DNA of 59,849 nt, taken from a virus (Duplodnaviria > Caudoviricetes). Location: the IMG/VR virus record IMGVR_UViG_3300031996_000006, positions 1 through 59,849 of that record; one strand, written 5' to 3'. Made by a program: the position numbers and the translations under genes. Shown here one piece after another: positions 9,357-19,876 of this stretch. The notes below the pieces were generated by a model, which was given only the letters and a program-made list of their open reading frames with translations, was not told where the DNA came from and ran no database searches. Position 1 is the first letter of the stretch; each line of letters begins with the position of its first letter.

Positions 9357-10327
9357 TGGTTAACCCGATTACGATTGGTACCAGCTACGATGGTCCCAAG
9401 TGGACTGTTAACCAGCTGGTTAAGAATCCGGTTCGCGTTCCGAACCTCGTCCGGCAGATGATTCACGACTCGGTCCTTGCGGATTGGGTTCTGCGGAAGG
9501 GTCCGACCGCTGTCGGTGGCGCAGTTGCGTACGAGCAGCAGATTGCTCTCTACGCTAACAATGGCGCTGAGATCGTCGCCGAGTTCGGCGAAATCCCGAT
9601 GACCGACTCGCCAGTGACGCTGCCTGTTACGGCTGCGACCACGAAGCGCGGTCTCGGTTTCAAGATCTCCAAGGAGATGGAGACCCGCAACGATGTGGGT
9701 CGCGTCGCCGACGAGCTGAAGATGGTTCGTGATGCGTTTACGATCACCTGGGACAAGGTGTTCATCAACGCGGTCACGCAGAACCCCAATATCCTTACGA
9801 TGGTTCCGTCCAACCTTGCTTCCGGCGGTTGGCTCGGCACGGGTCCCACTGCTGGTATCCGTAAGGACATTGCGAACGCGATTTACACCATTCAGTCCCA
9901 GCAGCCTGCTGGTGCGCAGAACATGGACCGGCTTAACTACCAGCCGGACACCCTGATTATTCACCCCTCGACCGCTGCCGGTTTCATCGACAGCGACGAG
10001 GTCAACAGTGTGTTCGTGGGTTCGCCTCTGGCGAGTCAGCAGCTCCGGTACACCGGCCTTATGCCTCGCAAGTTCATGACTCTGGATGTCATGACCTCGT
10101 GGCGGCTCTCGCCTAACTGGGCGATCATTTGTCAGCGGAACACGATGGGCTTTATCTCTGACGAGTGGCCTCTCGATGTGACCCCGCTGCGGTACAACGA
10201 GGACAACCAGTCGTACCGTTCGAACATCACCCGCCGTTCGCTGGTCGCGATTGACAACCCGAAGAGCATCATTCTGCTGAATGGTATTCAGGGTACGTCG
10301 GTTGACCCGTCGACCTACGCTCTCTGA
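9356..10327 (+). CDS. Major capsid protein (HK97 fold)
   Basis: VAEFGEIP, K.GLGF.IS.EM, PDTLIIHP motifs; position. Confidence 0.9.
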   Translation: MVNPITIGTSYDGPKWTVNQLVKNPVRVPNLVRQMIHDSVLADWVLRKGPTAVGGAVAYEQQIALYANNGAEIVAEFGEIPMTDSPVTLPVTAATTKRGLGFKISKEMETRNDVGRVADELKMVRDAFTITWDKVFINAVTQNPNILTMVPSNLASGGWLGTGPTAGIRKDIANAIYTIQSQQPAGAQNMDRLNYQPDTLIIHPSTAAGFIDSDEVNSVFVGSPLASQQLRYTGLMPRKFMTLDVMTSWRLSPNWAIICQRNTMGFISDEWPLDVTPLRYNEDNQSYRSNITRRSLVAIDNPKSIILLNGIQGTSVDPSTYAL

Positions 10328-10341
10328 GGGAGGGAATAGAA

Positions 10342-10632
10342 ATGGCTGAGTATCGACTGCTTGCGGATTCATGGGTCCGACTCGACCCAGATTCGCTGGA
10401 CACCCCACGGCCTCGGTCGCACCGTTACACCCGTGGTGATGTGGTCCCGAATCTCCTTCCGGAGGAGATTGACTACCTCACTCAGGGTGCGCGTCCTCAC
10501 CTTGTGGAGAAGGGTTCGGATGCGGACCCGTGGAAGGACGAGGATGCCGACAAGTCGGCCAGTGAGCCACAGAGCAAGGCTAGGGGGGTCGCGGGGGACG
10601 ACTCGTCCGCCCGTGCTCAGACGTCTAAGTAA
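10342..10632 (+). CDS. Hypothetical protein downstream of the capsid gene
   Basis: RBS and position. Confidence 0.7.
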   Translation: MAEYRLLADSWVRLDPDSLDTPRPRSHRYTRGDVVPNLLPEEIDYLTQGARPHLVEKGSDADPWKDEDADKSASEPQSKARGVAGDDSSARAQTSK

Positions 10633-10657
10633 TTTCTGAACGGGTAGGAGATACAAG

Positions 10658-11158
10658 ATGGCTTACTCAAAGGTTGAGGACGTTCGGGCAGTATTGACTG
10701 GGGCTCGTGGTGATGCTGAGTCGCTGACCCCGAATGTTCTGGACGATGACCAGATTGAGTTTGCCATTTCAAACGCGGATGAGCAGATTAATGCAGCTCT
10801 GCGTAAGCGGTATGTATTGCCTATTGCGGTGGAGGGGGTGGCACTGACAGATGTGTCGGTGCCACCTCTTTTGCACAACCTGTCTGTAGATATCGCTGTC
10901 TATCTCACTACTCTTACCTACCGGAGTGGACGTGAATTCCAGTCCACTCTGGACTCGTCAATTCAGCGGTACCAACGGGCATTGTCCTTGCTTACCGGTA
11001 TTGGCAATGGGACTGTTGAGGTTCCGGTAGACGAGCTGGGTAGTTCAGGGATGGAAGACGGGACCGTTTACAATCAGTACGGCGGTCCTCTCTTCCCGTC
11101 TGCTCCGATCTTTAACACTTCCGAAGGTGTCATTCCTCCCATGTGGGTGTGGCGGTAA
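10658..11158 (+). CDS. Head-tail adaptor (Mu gp36/DUF1320-like)
   Basis: MAYS..EDV, A...I.A.L..RY.LP, RYQ.AL..L..I..G motifs. Confidence 0.85.
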   Translation: MAYSKVEDVRAVLTGARGDAESLTPNVLDDDQIEFAISNADEQINAALRKRYVLPIAVEGVALTDVSVPPLLHNLSVDIAVYLTTLTYRSGREFQSTLDSSIQRYQRALSLLTGIGNGTVEVPVDELGSSGMEDGTVYNQYGGPLFPSAPIFNTSEGVIPPMWVWR

Positions 11159-11571
11159 TGGCTGGTACATTCGGTGAGAGAATTGCACTGCTTCGGGATT
11201 CCATCGGAGCAGGACATATCACTGCGCATTGCGTGGTTGACCAGGCTTACGCACAAAACCAGCACGAGACGCTAACGTTCCATCATCCTCGTGGTGGACG
11301 TGCGGAATACCTTAGGGCACCCATGTTGGAAAACATGGTGATTCTCATGCAAGAAATTGCGAACAAGGTGCTCGATGATGAGGGCCTTGGGCTTGAACGT
11401 GCTATGATCGACACGGCTGAGAAATTTGCTCAGTTCGTTTTCGATAATGCACCTAAGGAAATTGGCGAATTGGACGGGTCTGGTCACCCATTCGTGACTC
11501 GGAATGGGACAGTCATTTACGATCGTCCTCCGATTTACGGCCGTCGACCTGAGGGGTTGCCACACATATGA
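11158..11571 (+). CDS. Neck/tail completion protein
   Basis: YAQNQHE...HPRGGRAEYL motif; position. Confidence 0.7.
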   Translation: MAGTFGERIALLRDSIGAGHITAHCVVDQAYAQNQHETLTFHHPRGGRAEYLRAPMLENMVILMQEIANKVLDDEGLGLERAMIDTAEKFAQFVFDNAPKEIGELDGSGHPFVTRNGTVIYDRPPIYGRRPEGLPHI

Positions 11572-12017
11572 CAATCCCGGGTACGTTTGATATCACAGTT
11601 CCACGGCTCAAGGTCCAACACATTATTGACTGGATTGAGCCTCAACTTCAAAGTGGGGCCTTGCTTAGCCCTGGGCGGCTCCCTCCTAATCTCCCACATC
11701 GGGCTATCGGAATTATCCCGCAGCCTGGTCGGGGATTCGACATGGAAGGTGCGTTCGATAACCCGGCGTACAACTTCCAGTGTCGTGGTGGTGCTGATAA
11801 CTTCAGTGACGCTGAGGACATTGCTTACGAAGTTGACTCTGTGATCCTCGCATCACAGACCAACTTTGATATTGCTGAAAATATACACATTGAGAGCATC
11901 TACAGAATGATGGGTGCTCCGACTAGTAGTCCAATTACGGACGCACAGAGTCGCTGGACTTTCCAGTGCTCTTACATTTTCCATGTTGGTACGAATTTGT
12001 ACCAGCCATTTGATTAA
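11568..12017 (+). CDS. Tail terminator-like protein
   Basis: Position; Q.RG...AE..A and D...RW.F motifs. Confidence 0.7.
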   Translation: MTIPGTFDITVPRLKVQHIIDWIEPQLQSGALLSPGRLPPNLPHRAIGIIPQPGRGFDMEGAFDNPAYNFQCRGGADNFSDAEDIAYEVDSVILASQTNFDIAENIHIESIYRMMGAPTSSPITDAQSRWTFQCSYIFHVGTNLYQPFD

Positions 12018-12040
12018 ATAGTAATTTAATAGGAGTGGAT

Positions 12041-12355
12041 ATGGCTATGGGTCCAGATCCAGAGTCGAATTCGGCTTGGGCGCGCGGAGCGTCGGACACC
12101 GATTCCGAGTCGGCGGCCACGGATGCAAACGTTGCTTCTACTAACGACGTTGCGCCTGCGGATGCTTCGGTTGAGGATGCCCCTACCGATTCTGGCAAGG
12201 TTGAGGTCAAGACTGCTTGGCCGTCTGGTGATTTCGTTGTTGAGGACGTCCCGACTGTCACTCGTGATGGTGTGGAGCTGACTCGCGAGCAGGCTGACAA
12301 GGTTGAGAAGCTTGCGGAGCAGTGCGGCGTTCGAGTTGTTGTCGGGGGTAAGTAA
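12041..12355 (+). CDS. Acidic hypothetical protein
   Basis: AGGAG RBS, in tail operon. Confidence 0.7.
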   Translation: MAMGPDPESNSAWARGASDTDSESAATDANVASTNDVAPADASVEDAPTDSGKVEVKTAWPSGDFVVEDVPTVTRDGVELTREQADKVEKLAEQCGVRVVVGGK

Positions 12356-12357
12356 AA

Positions 12358-12975
12358 ATGGCTGTTGGGCCGGGTCCCTCTCCTCGTTATGAGAGCGCAA
12401 ATGTTGTCCGTGGTCCTGCTGCGGTGTGGTATCAGGGCTACAGCCCTACTATTTCGCTTCCAGACAACACTCTGGATCTCGGTGGGGATTGGAAAGACGC
12501 TACTAAGGGAGACCCGCTTTGGACGCCAATTGGCGCTACTCAGTCGGGTGTAACTCTTAACTGGTCTCGCAAGACGACTGATATTACTATTGAGGAGCAG
12601 AGCAACGCGGTTGACGTTGCTACTGACTCTCTTGACCCGACGATTGACACCACGCTTTCAGAGGATACTCTGGAGACGATGCTTCTGGCTTACGGTGGCG
12701 GTGTTATCAACACTGTCGCGCCTTCGGCCACGGAGCCTGGCTATCGGGAAATCAAGTTCACTGAGGAGCTTGACCACCTGACGCTCGGTGTCGAGGGTAT
12801 CAATAACAAGTCGTACTGGCGGCGCATTCTGTGGCAGGACGTTCTGTCTGTCGCTACGGTGAAGACGGATTACACCCGCTCTAAGACTCAGCGAGTCTAC
12901 GCGGTGTCCTTCCGACTTCTGTCTCCGATCACCGATATGGTGGTTCGGGAGATGAATCTCCCTAAGACTTCCTGA
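12358..12975 (+). CDS. Major tail tube protein
   Basis: W..IGATQSGV motif, about 200 aa, precedes chaperone and TMP. Confidence 0.85.
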   Translation: MAVGPGPSPRYESANVVRGPAAVWYQGYSPTISLPDNTLDLGGDWKDATKGDPLWTPIGATQSGVTLNWSRKTTDITIEEQSNAVDVATDSLDPTIDTTLSEDTLETMLLAYGGGVINTVAPSATEPGYREIKFTEELDHLTLGVEGINNKSYWRRILWQDVLSVATVKTDYTRSKTQRVYAVSFRLLSPITDMVVREMNLPKTS

Positions 12976-13023
12976 TTTAGGAAGTTTCCTGCTATCACCC
13001 TTTAGGGTGGGGACGGTAAGGCA

Positions 13024-13467
13024 ATGCCTAAGTTTGATGTAAATTCAATCGGAGGGTCGCTTGAGTATGACTTCTCCGATCCTCAGTGGTTGGGTCCGGG
13101 TGATGGTCACAAGGGCTTTATCCCGGAGCCTTCCCGCCAGCTCGTGAACGACTTCCTGAAGAATATTCAGGCTAAGTTCAAGGAAATGGGTCTGGTCGGG
13201 CAGGATGCGTCGGATTCGGCTACCGCGCAGCAGGTTGCTAGCACGCTGAGCAACGTTGATGACGAGTCGACGTATGAGCGAATTGCTGAAGAGATCACGG
13301 TTGAGGTCGCGAAGCTCTGTGGCGGTTCCCCCTCGCTAGAGGTACTTCAGAAGTTGCCTTACCGTCCTTTCATGGGTTTTGTTGGTTACGTCATGGGTAA
13401 TCTTCTTAACCCGGAAGCTGGTCGGCCCGATACGACGAACTCACCGAGTCGCCTGACCAGCGTCTAG
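13024..13467 (+). CDS. Tail assembly chaperone (G)
   Basis: Between the major tail gene and TMP. Confidence 0.8.
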   Translation: MPKFDVNSIGGSLEYDFSDPQWLGPGDGHKGFIPEPSRQLVNDFLKNIQAKFKEMGLVGQDASDSATAQQVASTLSNVDDESTYERIAEEITVEVAKLCGGSPSLEVLQKLPYRPFMGFVGYVMGNLLNPEAGRPDTTNSPSRLTSV

Positions 13468-13694
13468 AGTGGTTTCGGGCCAGGTTCTACCTCCACTTTT
13501 CAATTGATGAGTGGAACGCTCTGCCCTGGTGGCAGCAGTGGGTCTATATGGAAGAACTCAACGCTCATTTGAGACGGGAATCAGGAGAGGAAGATGACGG
13601 TCTAGAGGACCGTGATATCCTGGATCTGCCCGGAATGAATAGCGTTGAGAAAGTCAGTGACACCCCTGACATTGATGAGATGGCCTGGGGATAA
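13410..13694 (+). CDS. Tail assembly chaperone -1 frameshift extension (GT); candidate slip site CCCGGAA at 13410-13416
   Basis: The -1 frame is open from 13410 to TAA 13692-13694 (..FSIDEWNALPWWQQWVYMEEL..) with no start codon for most of its length; absent from the ORF track. Confidence 0.75.
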   Translation, partial: PGSWSARYDELTESPDQRLEWFRARFYLHFSIDEWNALPWWQQWVYMEELNAHLRRESGEEDDGLEDRDILDLPGMNSVEKVSDTPDIDEMAWG

Positions 13695-13717
13695 CTGAAT
13701 AGGGATCGGGGTCCAGA

Positions 13718-16700
13718 GTGGCTTTTGATGCAGGATCAATCGAAGGTACTCTGGACCTCGATCTCAATCCGTTTACGGTAGCTCTGGATGAAGCTACTGC
13801 ACGGGCAGATGAGTTCGACGGTAAGACTTTCACCGCAAAGCTTGACCTTGACTCGCGTGGCGTCTCCGCTGAGTTGGACAAGCTGAAGGCACAGCTTGAC
13901 GAATTCGCACGTAAGGCGGCTACCGCTACTGCGAAGGTCAATGTAGAACGTAAAGAGTTTGATACTCTTCTTTTCGACCTGAGAATCTTCTCGGTGCGAT
14001 CCTACTCTACCAAGGTCAAGGTGGATTCTCTTGCGGCTAAGGCTGAACTTGACCTTCTGAGGTTAAAGCTAGACGAGACAGCTCGAACCCGTATCGCTAC
14101 TATCTTCGTTAGTAGCCCGGGTAGTGGTGAAGCCGAAGGCTCATTGAGTCGCATCCAAATGATAGCTGGTGCGATCATCATTTTGGCGCCTATGATATCC
14201 GCTGCGTTGATCGGCATCATAGGTGCCGTCGGAATGCTCGCTTCTGCATTCGTCGTCGCCGGTGTGGGTGTCGGCGCGTTCGCCATTGCGGCTGTCCCTG
14301 CCTTTGAAGAGATTTCCAAGGCAGTTAAGAAGGGTCAAGAGGGGATTGACGCCCTGCCTCCGTCTCTGCGTGGGGCGGCTCAGGCATTCAAAGGGCTGAA
14401 GGATGAAGTAAAGACGCTTCAGGAGATCGGCTCTGGCGTCGTCGGCCAGACAATGGCTGCCGGTTTCAACCTGCTGACGTCCATCCTGAAGACGCTTGAA
14501 CCTCTGATGAAGCCGGTATCTGCCGCGCTTACTCAGATGTTCGGCATTTTTCAGGAATTCTTTGGTTCCTCCATATGGGGGAACTTCATTTCCATGGTCG
14601 GGCAGCAGATTGGTCCGGTCCTTAGGGACTTTGCCACCATCGGCGTTTCTCTAATCAAGACTGTTATCGGAATCACTGATGCTTTTATGAAGCTCGGTGG
14701 TCCGATCATGGATCAGCTTGTCAAGATGTTCCAGGATCTTGCTACCTGGGCAAGTAACCTAGGAACTGATCCTAACTTTAAACGGTTCATTGATCTGGCA
14801 GTTCAATCTTTGCCACGCGTCATTGAGTTCGTAACTCAGCTTGTCACGTTCATTATGCATCTTGCTATGGGACTTGCCCCTCTTGGTAACTTGATGATGG
14901 ACGTGGTTAACTGGTGCCTGAAGCTAGTTAACTCTATTCCGCCCGATTGGATGGGCGCTATTGTACTTGGTATTACGGCTATCGTGGTTGCTATATCCGG
15001 CTTCGGCGGGCCAATCATGCTCGTAGTTGTAACCATCATGGCGGTCGTCGCTGCATTCCAGGCAGCCTATGATAAAATCGGTTGGTTCCATAAAGCAGTA
15101 GATGCTGTAGTTGATTTCTTTACACACTTCGGCGATCGTATGCGTGAGTTCGGTGACTACATTGTTACCGGATGGAACGATATGATCAATCAGATCTCGA
15201 CTGCGTGGACAGGTCTGTGGACTTCCGTTGGCGATTTCTTTAGCAATATCTGGCAGTCTATCGTTTCGTTCTTCGAAGATCGAACCAATGCGTTTAAGCA
15301 AACTTGGGTAGATGCCTGGAATTCTGTAGTTAGTTTCTTCCAGGATCGTTGGAATGCAGCACGTGATTCGGCGATTGCAATTTGGCAGGCAATCTCTGAT
15401 TTCTTCACGTCAATCTGGAATGGCATTTCCTCTGTAGCTACTACAGTTTGGAATGCCATCACTGATTACTTCCAGCGTTTGTTCCAGGCGCATCATGAGC
15501 TGATCACTCAGGTCTGGACTGCAATCTCGAATTTCTTCTCTACAATCTGGAACGCGATTTCGAGCACTGCTCAAACTGTCTGGAATGCGATCTCTAGTTT
15601 CTTTGCGGATCGTTGGGCTGCCTTCTCTACAAGCTGGACGAATCTCTGGACGACGATCTCGAATTTCTTCCAGACTATTTGGAATGCGATTTCGTCTACA
15701 GCTCAGAGTATTTGGAATGCTATTGCTGCATTCTTTACTGAGCGTTGGAATGTTTTCAGCGCTAACTGGTCGAATTTGTGGAATACGGTTTCACAATTCT
15801 TCACAACGATCTGGAATAACATTTCCTCGACTGCACAGTCGATCTGGAATGCTATTGCTTCATTCTTCACGAATGCCTGGAACGTACTTTCCAACGCCTG
15901 GAATACTGTCTGGAATGCCATCTCGACGTTCTTTACGAATATCTGGAATGGTATTAAGGGGCAAGCTACTACGCTTTGGAATGCAATCTCTAGCTTCTTC
16001 ACAGGAGCCTGGGATGCGATTTCCACTAAGTGGAATCAAATTTGGCAGGGAATCTCTGATTTCTTCGGTCGAGTCTGGGAAGGAATCAAGACTACTGCTT
16101 CTAGTGTTTGGGATGGAATCACGGGAGCAGTTCGAACTGGAGTCAACAACGTCATCGGAGTTATCAATACTCTGAAGAATGGCCTTAACGTTGTACTGAA
16201 GTTCTTGCTCATTCCAGTGATTCCAGACATTCCCGGTTTTGCTACCGGTGGTGTGCTTCCTGACGAAGTACAGATGCTTGCCGGTGGTGGATCTGTCGGA
16301 GCTGGCTTTAAGACGAATGGACCTAGGGCCATCGTCGGAGAAGGCAACCCTCGCTATCCAGAGTACGTCATTCCTACAGATCCGCAACACCGATCGAACG
16401 CGGTTGCTCTACACCAGGAAGCCGGTACTCAGTTGCTGGCTGGAGGTGGCGTAGTCGGTGGTGGAGGCTACAACCCATACGGCGGTGGTGGTGGATCATC
16501 GTCGGTTGCGGCGCAGACTCAGACGGCACAGAAACAGGGTCTCTCGACTGACCCACTCGGTGACGTTACTGGGGCTATCAGTTCAGCTATGAAAGCCTTT
16601 GCTGCTGGTCCTATCGGCGAAATTGGTAAGGCAGTTGCCACCAAAATCGGTGATGCCGTTAAGAAGAAGATTACTGATGCCCTTGCGGCGGCGGCGGCGG

Positions 16701-17332
16701 CAATCATCGGTGGTAGCCCTGGTGGTGGAGCGGCACAGTGGGCACCGGTCATCCTGCGGGTCCTCGCGGAACTTGGTCAGCCTGCCTCTCTGCTGGCCGC
16801 AGTTGAGCGACGAATCAACTTCGAGTCGGGTGGTAACCCGAACGCCATTAACCTGACCGACTCCAACGCTCGGGCAGGGCACCCCTCGCAGGGTCTCATG
16901 CAGACGATTCCGTCAACGTTTGCGGCGTATGCTGGTCCGTATGTCGGCTTGGGAATTACAAACCCACTTGCCAACATTTACGCTGGTCTTAACTATGCGT
17001 TGCACCGCTACGGATCGATTGCTGCGATTGACCCGCTGAACCGTCCTTCGGGTTATGACTCGGGTGGACTTCTCATGCCAGGAATGACACTGGCAATCAA
17101 CAAGACTAGGAAGCCAGAGCGAATCCTCGATGCAGACCAGACAGCTAAGTTTGATAGCATGGTGGCTGGCACCGTTAACGGTGTAAGCAATGACGACGTC
17201 GTTTCTAAGTTGGATGATATCGCCAATATCCTACTGCGTACTGGCACTGGTGCGACCGTGAATGTTCACGACCAATCCGGTGATCCAGTGGAAACGGCCC
17301 GTCGCACCGCTTTGGCTCTGCGATTGGGATAA
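13718..17332 (+). CDS. Tape measure protein with C-terminal lytic transglycosylase (SLT) domain
   Basis: 11-aa-periodic W/F repeats (WNAISSFF); ESGGNPNAIN...GLMQ...Y SLT motif. Confidence 0.95.
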   Translation: MAFDAGSIEGTLDLDLNPFTVALDEATARADEFDGKTFTAKLDLDSRGVSAELDKLKAQLDEFARKAATATAKVNVERKEFDTLLFDLRIFSVRSYSTKVKVDSLAAKAELDLLRLKLDETARTRIATIFVSSPGSGEAEGSLSRIQMIAGAIIILAPMISAALIGIIGAVGMLASAFVVAGVGVGAFAIAAVPAFEEISKAVKKGQEGIDALPPSLRGAAQAFKGLKDEVKTLQEIGSGVVGQTMAAGFNLLTSILKTLEPLMKPVSAALTQMFGIFQEFFGSSIWGNFISMVGQQIGPVLRDFATIGVSLIKTVIGITDAFMKLGGPIMDQLVKMFQDLATWASNLGTDPNFKRFIDLAVQSLPRVIEFVTQLVTFIMHLAMGLAPLGNLMMDVVNWCLKLVNSIPPDWMGAIVLGITAIVVAISGFGGPIMLVVVTIMAVVAAFQAAYDKIGWFHKAVDAVVDFFTHFGDRMREFGDYIVTGWNDMINQISTAWTGLWTSVGDFFSNIWQSIVSFFEDRTNAFKQTWVDAWNSVVSFFQDRWNAARDSAIAIWQAISDFFTSIWNGISSVATTVWNAITDYFQRLFQAHHELITQVWTAISNFFSTIWNAISSTAQTVWNAISSFFADRWAAFSTSWTNLWTTISNFFQTIWNAISSTAQSIWNAIAAFFTERWNVFSANWSNLWNTVSQFFTTIWNNISSTAQSIWNAIASFFTNAWNVLSNAWNTVWNAISTFFTNIWNGIKGQATTLWNAISSFFTGAWDAISTKWNQIWQGISDFFGRVWEGIKTTASSVWDGITGAVRTGVNNVIGVINTLKNGLNVVLKFLLIPVIPDIPGFATGGVLPDEVQMLAGGGSVGAGFKTNGPRAIVGEGNPRYPEYVIPTDPQHRSNAVALHQEAGTQLLAGGGVVGGGGYNPYGGGGGSSSVAAQTQTAQKQGLSTDPLGDVTGAISSAMKAFAAGPIGEIGKAVATKIGDAVKKKITDALAAAAAAIIGGSPGGGAAQWAPVILRVLAELGQPASLLAAVERRINFESGGNPNAINLTDSNARAGHPSQGLMQTIPSTFAAYAGPYVGLGITNPLANIYAGLNYALHRYGSIAAIDPLNRPSGYDSGGLLMPGMTLAINKTRKPERILDADQTAKFDSMVAGTVNGVSNDDVVSKLDDIANILLRTGTGATVNVHDQSGDPVETARRTALALRLG

Positions 17333-17335
17333 GTA

Positions 17336-17752
17336 ATGGCTACTGACCAGAGGGAACGGCAGATTGCCGATTCTCAGTTCGGCGGGGGCGCTACAACTTG
17401 GGCTCCCGCCACGTGGTACCTCGGCCTTTCCACAACCATTCCTAACGAAGATGGTTCGAACTTTACTGAGCCTGTTGGTGGAGCCTACGCGCGAGTCGCA
17501 GTAGTGAATAACACTACCAACTTCCCGGCTGCGGCAACTTCTAGTGGTGTCACCACGAAGACTAATGGTGCGGCGTTTACATTTGCCAACCCAACCGCTA
17601 ACTGGGGTCAGATCCTCTATTACGGCTGGTTCACGGCTGCTAGTGGTGGTGTCCCTGAGTACACAAATGCTCTAGACACTCCTGTCACTGTAAACAACGG
17701 TAACACTCCTGTTCAGTTCGCTACGGGACAGCTCGTGACGGCATGGGATTAG
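17336..17752 (+). CDS. Small tail fibre-type subunit (module 1)
   Basis: YLGLSTT.P..E..GGAYARVAV..N...F..PT..WG motif; related to 36730-37131. Confidence 0.75.
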   Translation: MATDQRERQIADSQFGGGATTWAPATWYLGLSTTIPNEDGSNFTEPVGGAYARVAVVNNTTNFPAAATSSGVTTKTNGAAFTFANPTANWGQILYYGWFTAASGGVPEYTNALDTPVTVNNGNTPVQFATGQLVTAWD

Positions 17753-17755
17753 CCC

Positions 17756-19417
17756 ATGACCACTACTATCCAGTTAGTACAGAACGCTTACAACTCGGTT
17801 TGCCGATACCAAACTAAGAGTTGTCAGGCGACTTTTGAGGACCCGACGCTTCCAGGTTCTCTGGTGATTGCTACTGCCGTTATCGGCGGTGGAGCTTGCG
17901 ACGTACAGATTTCAGATCCAGGTTTTGTTCTGGTGCGGTCGACCGCATATGGCCGAGTCCACCTTTACATGTGGTATTACCAGAACGCTCCGACGATGAA
18001 CTCGATTACGGTCTCTGCACGTGATGACCGTTCCATTCAGCTTCGAGTTATGGAATACAGCGGTGCGTCTCAGTCCAATGCATTGGATCAGGTTGTCGTT
18101 CGTACGTCCTATTCCAATAGGTGTGACTCGGGTCAGACCGGTATTACGGTGCAGGCTGACGAGATTGTCGTTGCCTGTGTCGCGAATGCGTACACCGGCT
18201 GCACGCAGAGTGGCTTCTCGGGCGGCTTGGTTCGACTATTCGAAGCCCTGAGTCCATACTCCTATGCAAATAGAATCTATAACGACGACTCAGATCGAAC
18301 AAGGTGGACTCACCACCACCTAATCGCATCCATCCGTACGTACTTCAACATTTCCTGTTGGTTGTCTTCGTATCGTGACTGGATTGCGATTGTCGCCACT
18401 TTTCGTGGAGGCTCGTCCGGACCTAAGCAGCTTACTTCTAAGGCTGGAACTGCAACCACTCAGACGGGTGGTAAGTCTACCGGTATTCTGACGGCGTTTG
18501 GCCCGCTTCAGAGTAAAGCCAATCCGGCGGTCACGAAATGTGGTAGTGGACAGCAGGCAACCATCCTGCCATTCAACTATCAGTATTGGATTGGGCCAAA
18601 CCGCTTCCTCATCGGTTCCGGCACTCAGTTCCACGTCCAGGGGACCTCGGGGCTCGGCGGCCACTCAGTGCGCACGAGCGACCAGGATTTCCCCCGGGCC
18701 GACGGATCGCTCCGAGGCGTCGACCTCGGGTCTGCACGCGTTGTTACTTTTGAGATGAACGTGGGCAAGGGCCGGGACGTCGTTGAGCTGAACATGAACC
18801 TGCTGTACCGAGCACTCGTCCCCCAGCGGAATGAGGACTGGCAGCTTGTTTGGCGACACCCTGACGACGTTGCCAGGATGATGTACGTTCGGCCTACTGA
18901 TTTGGTACGTGAGCGAAACAATAAGCAAATCACGTTCGCTAATCAGAAGTTCGCCCTGCGAGCTGCGGACCCCCGTCACTATTCCGCAGTGCCTCATCAC
19001 ATCATCATCCCGAACTCTCCAGTGTCGGGAGTACCTAACCTCGTCAACATCACTAACGTTGGCAATATCGCTGCGTACCCTGTGATTACGGTCTACGGAC
19101 CTACGTCGGGTCCGACCGTTAGCCGTGTAACCCTGACGAATATCACGTCTCAGGTCGCCTTTGACGTGTCGTTGAACATTCCTAAGGGATCTACGCTGGT
19201 CGGGGATATGCAGTCTCGAATCACTGGTGCACCTCGGTCAGTGATTACTCTGGACGGTCAGTCCAAGTATGGTGCGTGGGCACTCCCGCGTGAACCATTC
19301 CGTATCGACGCTGACCCGACAGGCCAAGAGGGTTACAACCAGATTTATCTTCAGACTGTGCCTGCCGGGGCTCCGGTTCTGTGCACGTTGGACTACCGCG
19401 ATACTTGGGCAGGTTAA
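17756..19417 (+). CDS. Distal tail (Dit)-like protein with N-terminal S/T-rich beta domain
   Basis: GLGG..VR, A.DP..Y, N.GN..AYP and ..RDTW motifs typical of actinophage Dit proteins. Confidence 0.8.
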   Translation: MTTTIQLVQNAYNSVCRYQTKSCQATFEDPTLPGSLVIATAVIGGGACDVQISDPGFVLVRSTAYGRVHLYMWYYQNAPTMNSITVSARDDRSIQLRVMEYSGASQSNALDQVVVRTSYSNRCDSGQTGITVQADEIVVACVANAYTGCTQSGFSGGLVRLFEALSPYSYANRIYNDDSDRTRWTHHHLIASIRTYFNISCWLSSYRDWIAIVATFRGGSSGPKQLTSKAGTATTQTGGKSTGILTAFGPLQSKANPAVTKCGSGQQATILPFNYQYWIGPNRFLIGSGTQFHVQGTSGLGGHSVRTSDQDFPRADGSLRGVDLGSARVVTFEMNVGKGRDVVELNMNLLYRALVPQRNEDWQLVWRHPDDVARMMYVRPTDLVRERNNKQITFANQKFALRAADPRHYSAVPHHIIIPNSPVSGVPNLVNITNVGNIAAYPVITVYGPTSGPTVSRVTLTNITSQVAFDVSLNIPKGSTLVGDMQSRITGAPRSVITLDGQSKYGAWALPREPFRIDADPTGQEGYNQIYLQTVPAGAPVLCTLDYRDTWAG

Positions 19418-19418
19418 A

Positions 19419-19844
19419 ATGGCTTCTGCATTGTACTCTAAGGGTCGCGAGGGTTTCCTCGACGGTTCTATTGACTGGAATACTGGGACCATTAAGGTCT
19501 CGCTTCTGCGAGGCTACACCTTTAATGATGCTCACCAGTTCCTTTCGGACATCACTTCCTCTGGTGCGACCATCGTTGCCACTCAGACGCTCACCACTCC
19601 TTCTGTAACGGGCGGTGTAGCCAACGCTGACCCTGTTACATTCACCTCGGTCCCGACTGGTACTGCGTGCTCTTGTTACATTCTTTACCAGTCGTCTGCT
19701 CCGTCTGGTGGTGCTGATTTGGCTACCACTTCTCAGCGCCTTATTGCCTACATCGATGATGCTACTGGACTTCCCGTGACTCCTAACGGTGGTAACATCA
19801 ACATCGCGTGGGACTCTGGAGTTAACAAGATCTTCAAGCTGTAG
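19419..19844 (+). CDS. Small tail fibre-type subunit (module 2)
   Basis: MASALYSKGREGFLDGSIDW...LIAYID..GLPVTPNGGNINI.W; ATG at 19419. Confidence 0.75.
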   Translation: MASALYSKGREGFLDGSIDWNTGTIKVSLLRGYTFNDAHQFLSDITSSGATIVATQTLTTPSVTGGVANADPVTFTSVPTGTACSCYILYQSSAPSGGADLATTSQRLIAYIDDATGLPVTPNGGNINIAWDSGVNKIFKL

Positions 19845-19876
19845 CCTTCCCTTCCCCCTTTACTTAGGAGGAAAGG

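Noticed and set aside
7645-10408. Long minus-strand ORFs (375 and 378 aa; also 4963-5892)
   Set aside because: Antisense shadows of well-supported structural genes, expected from codon bias.
15200-16130. Repetitive TGGAAT-rich DNA
   Set aside because: Explained by the normal Trp/Phe periodic repeats of the tape measure protein.
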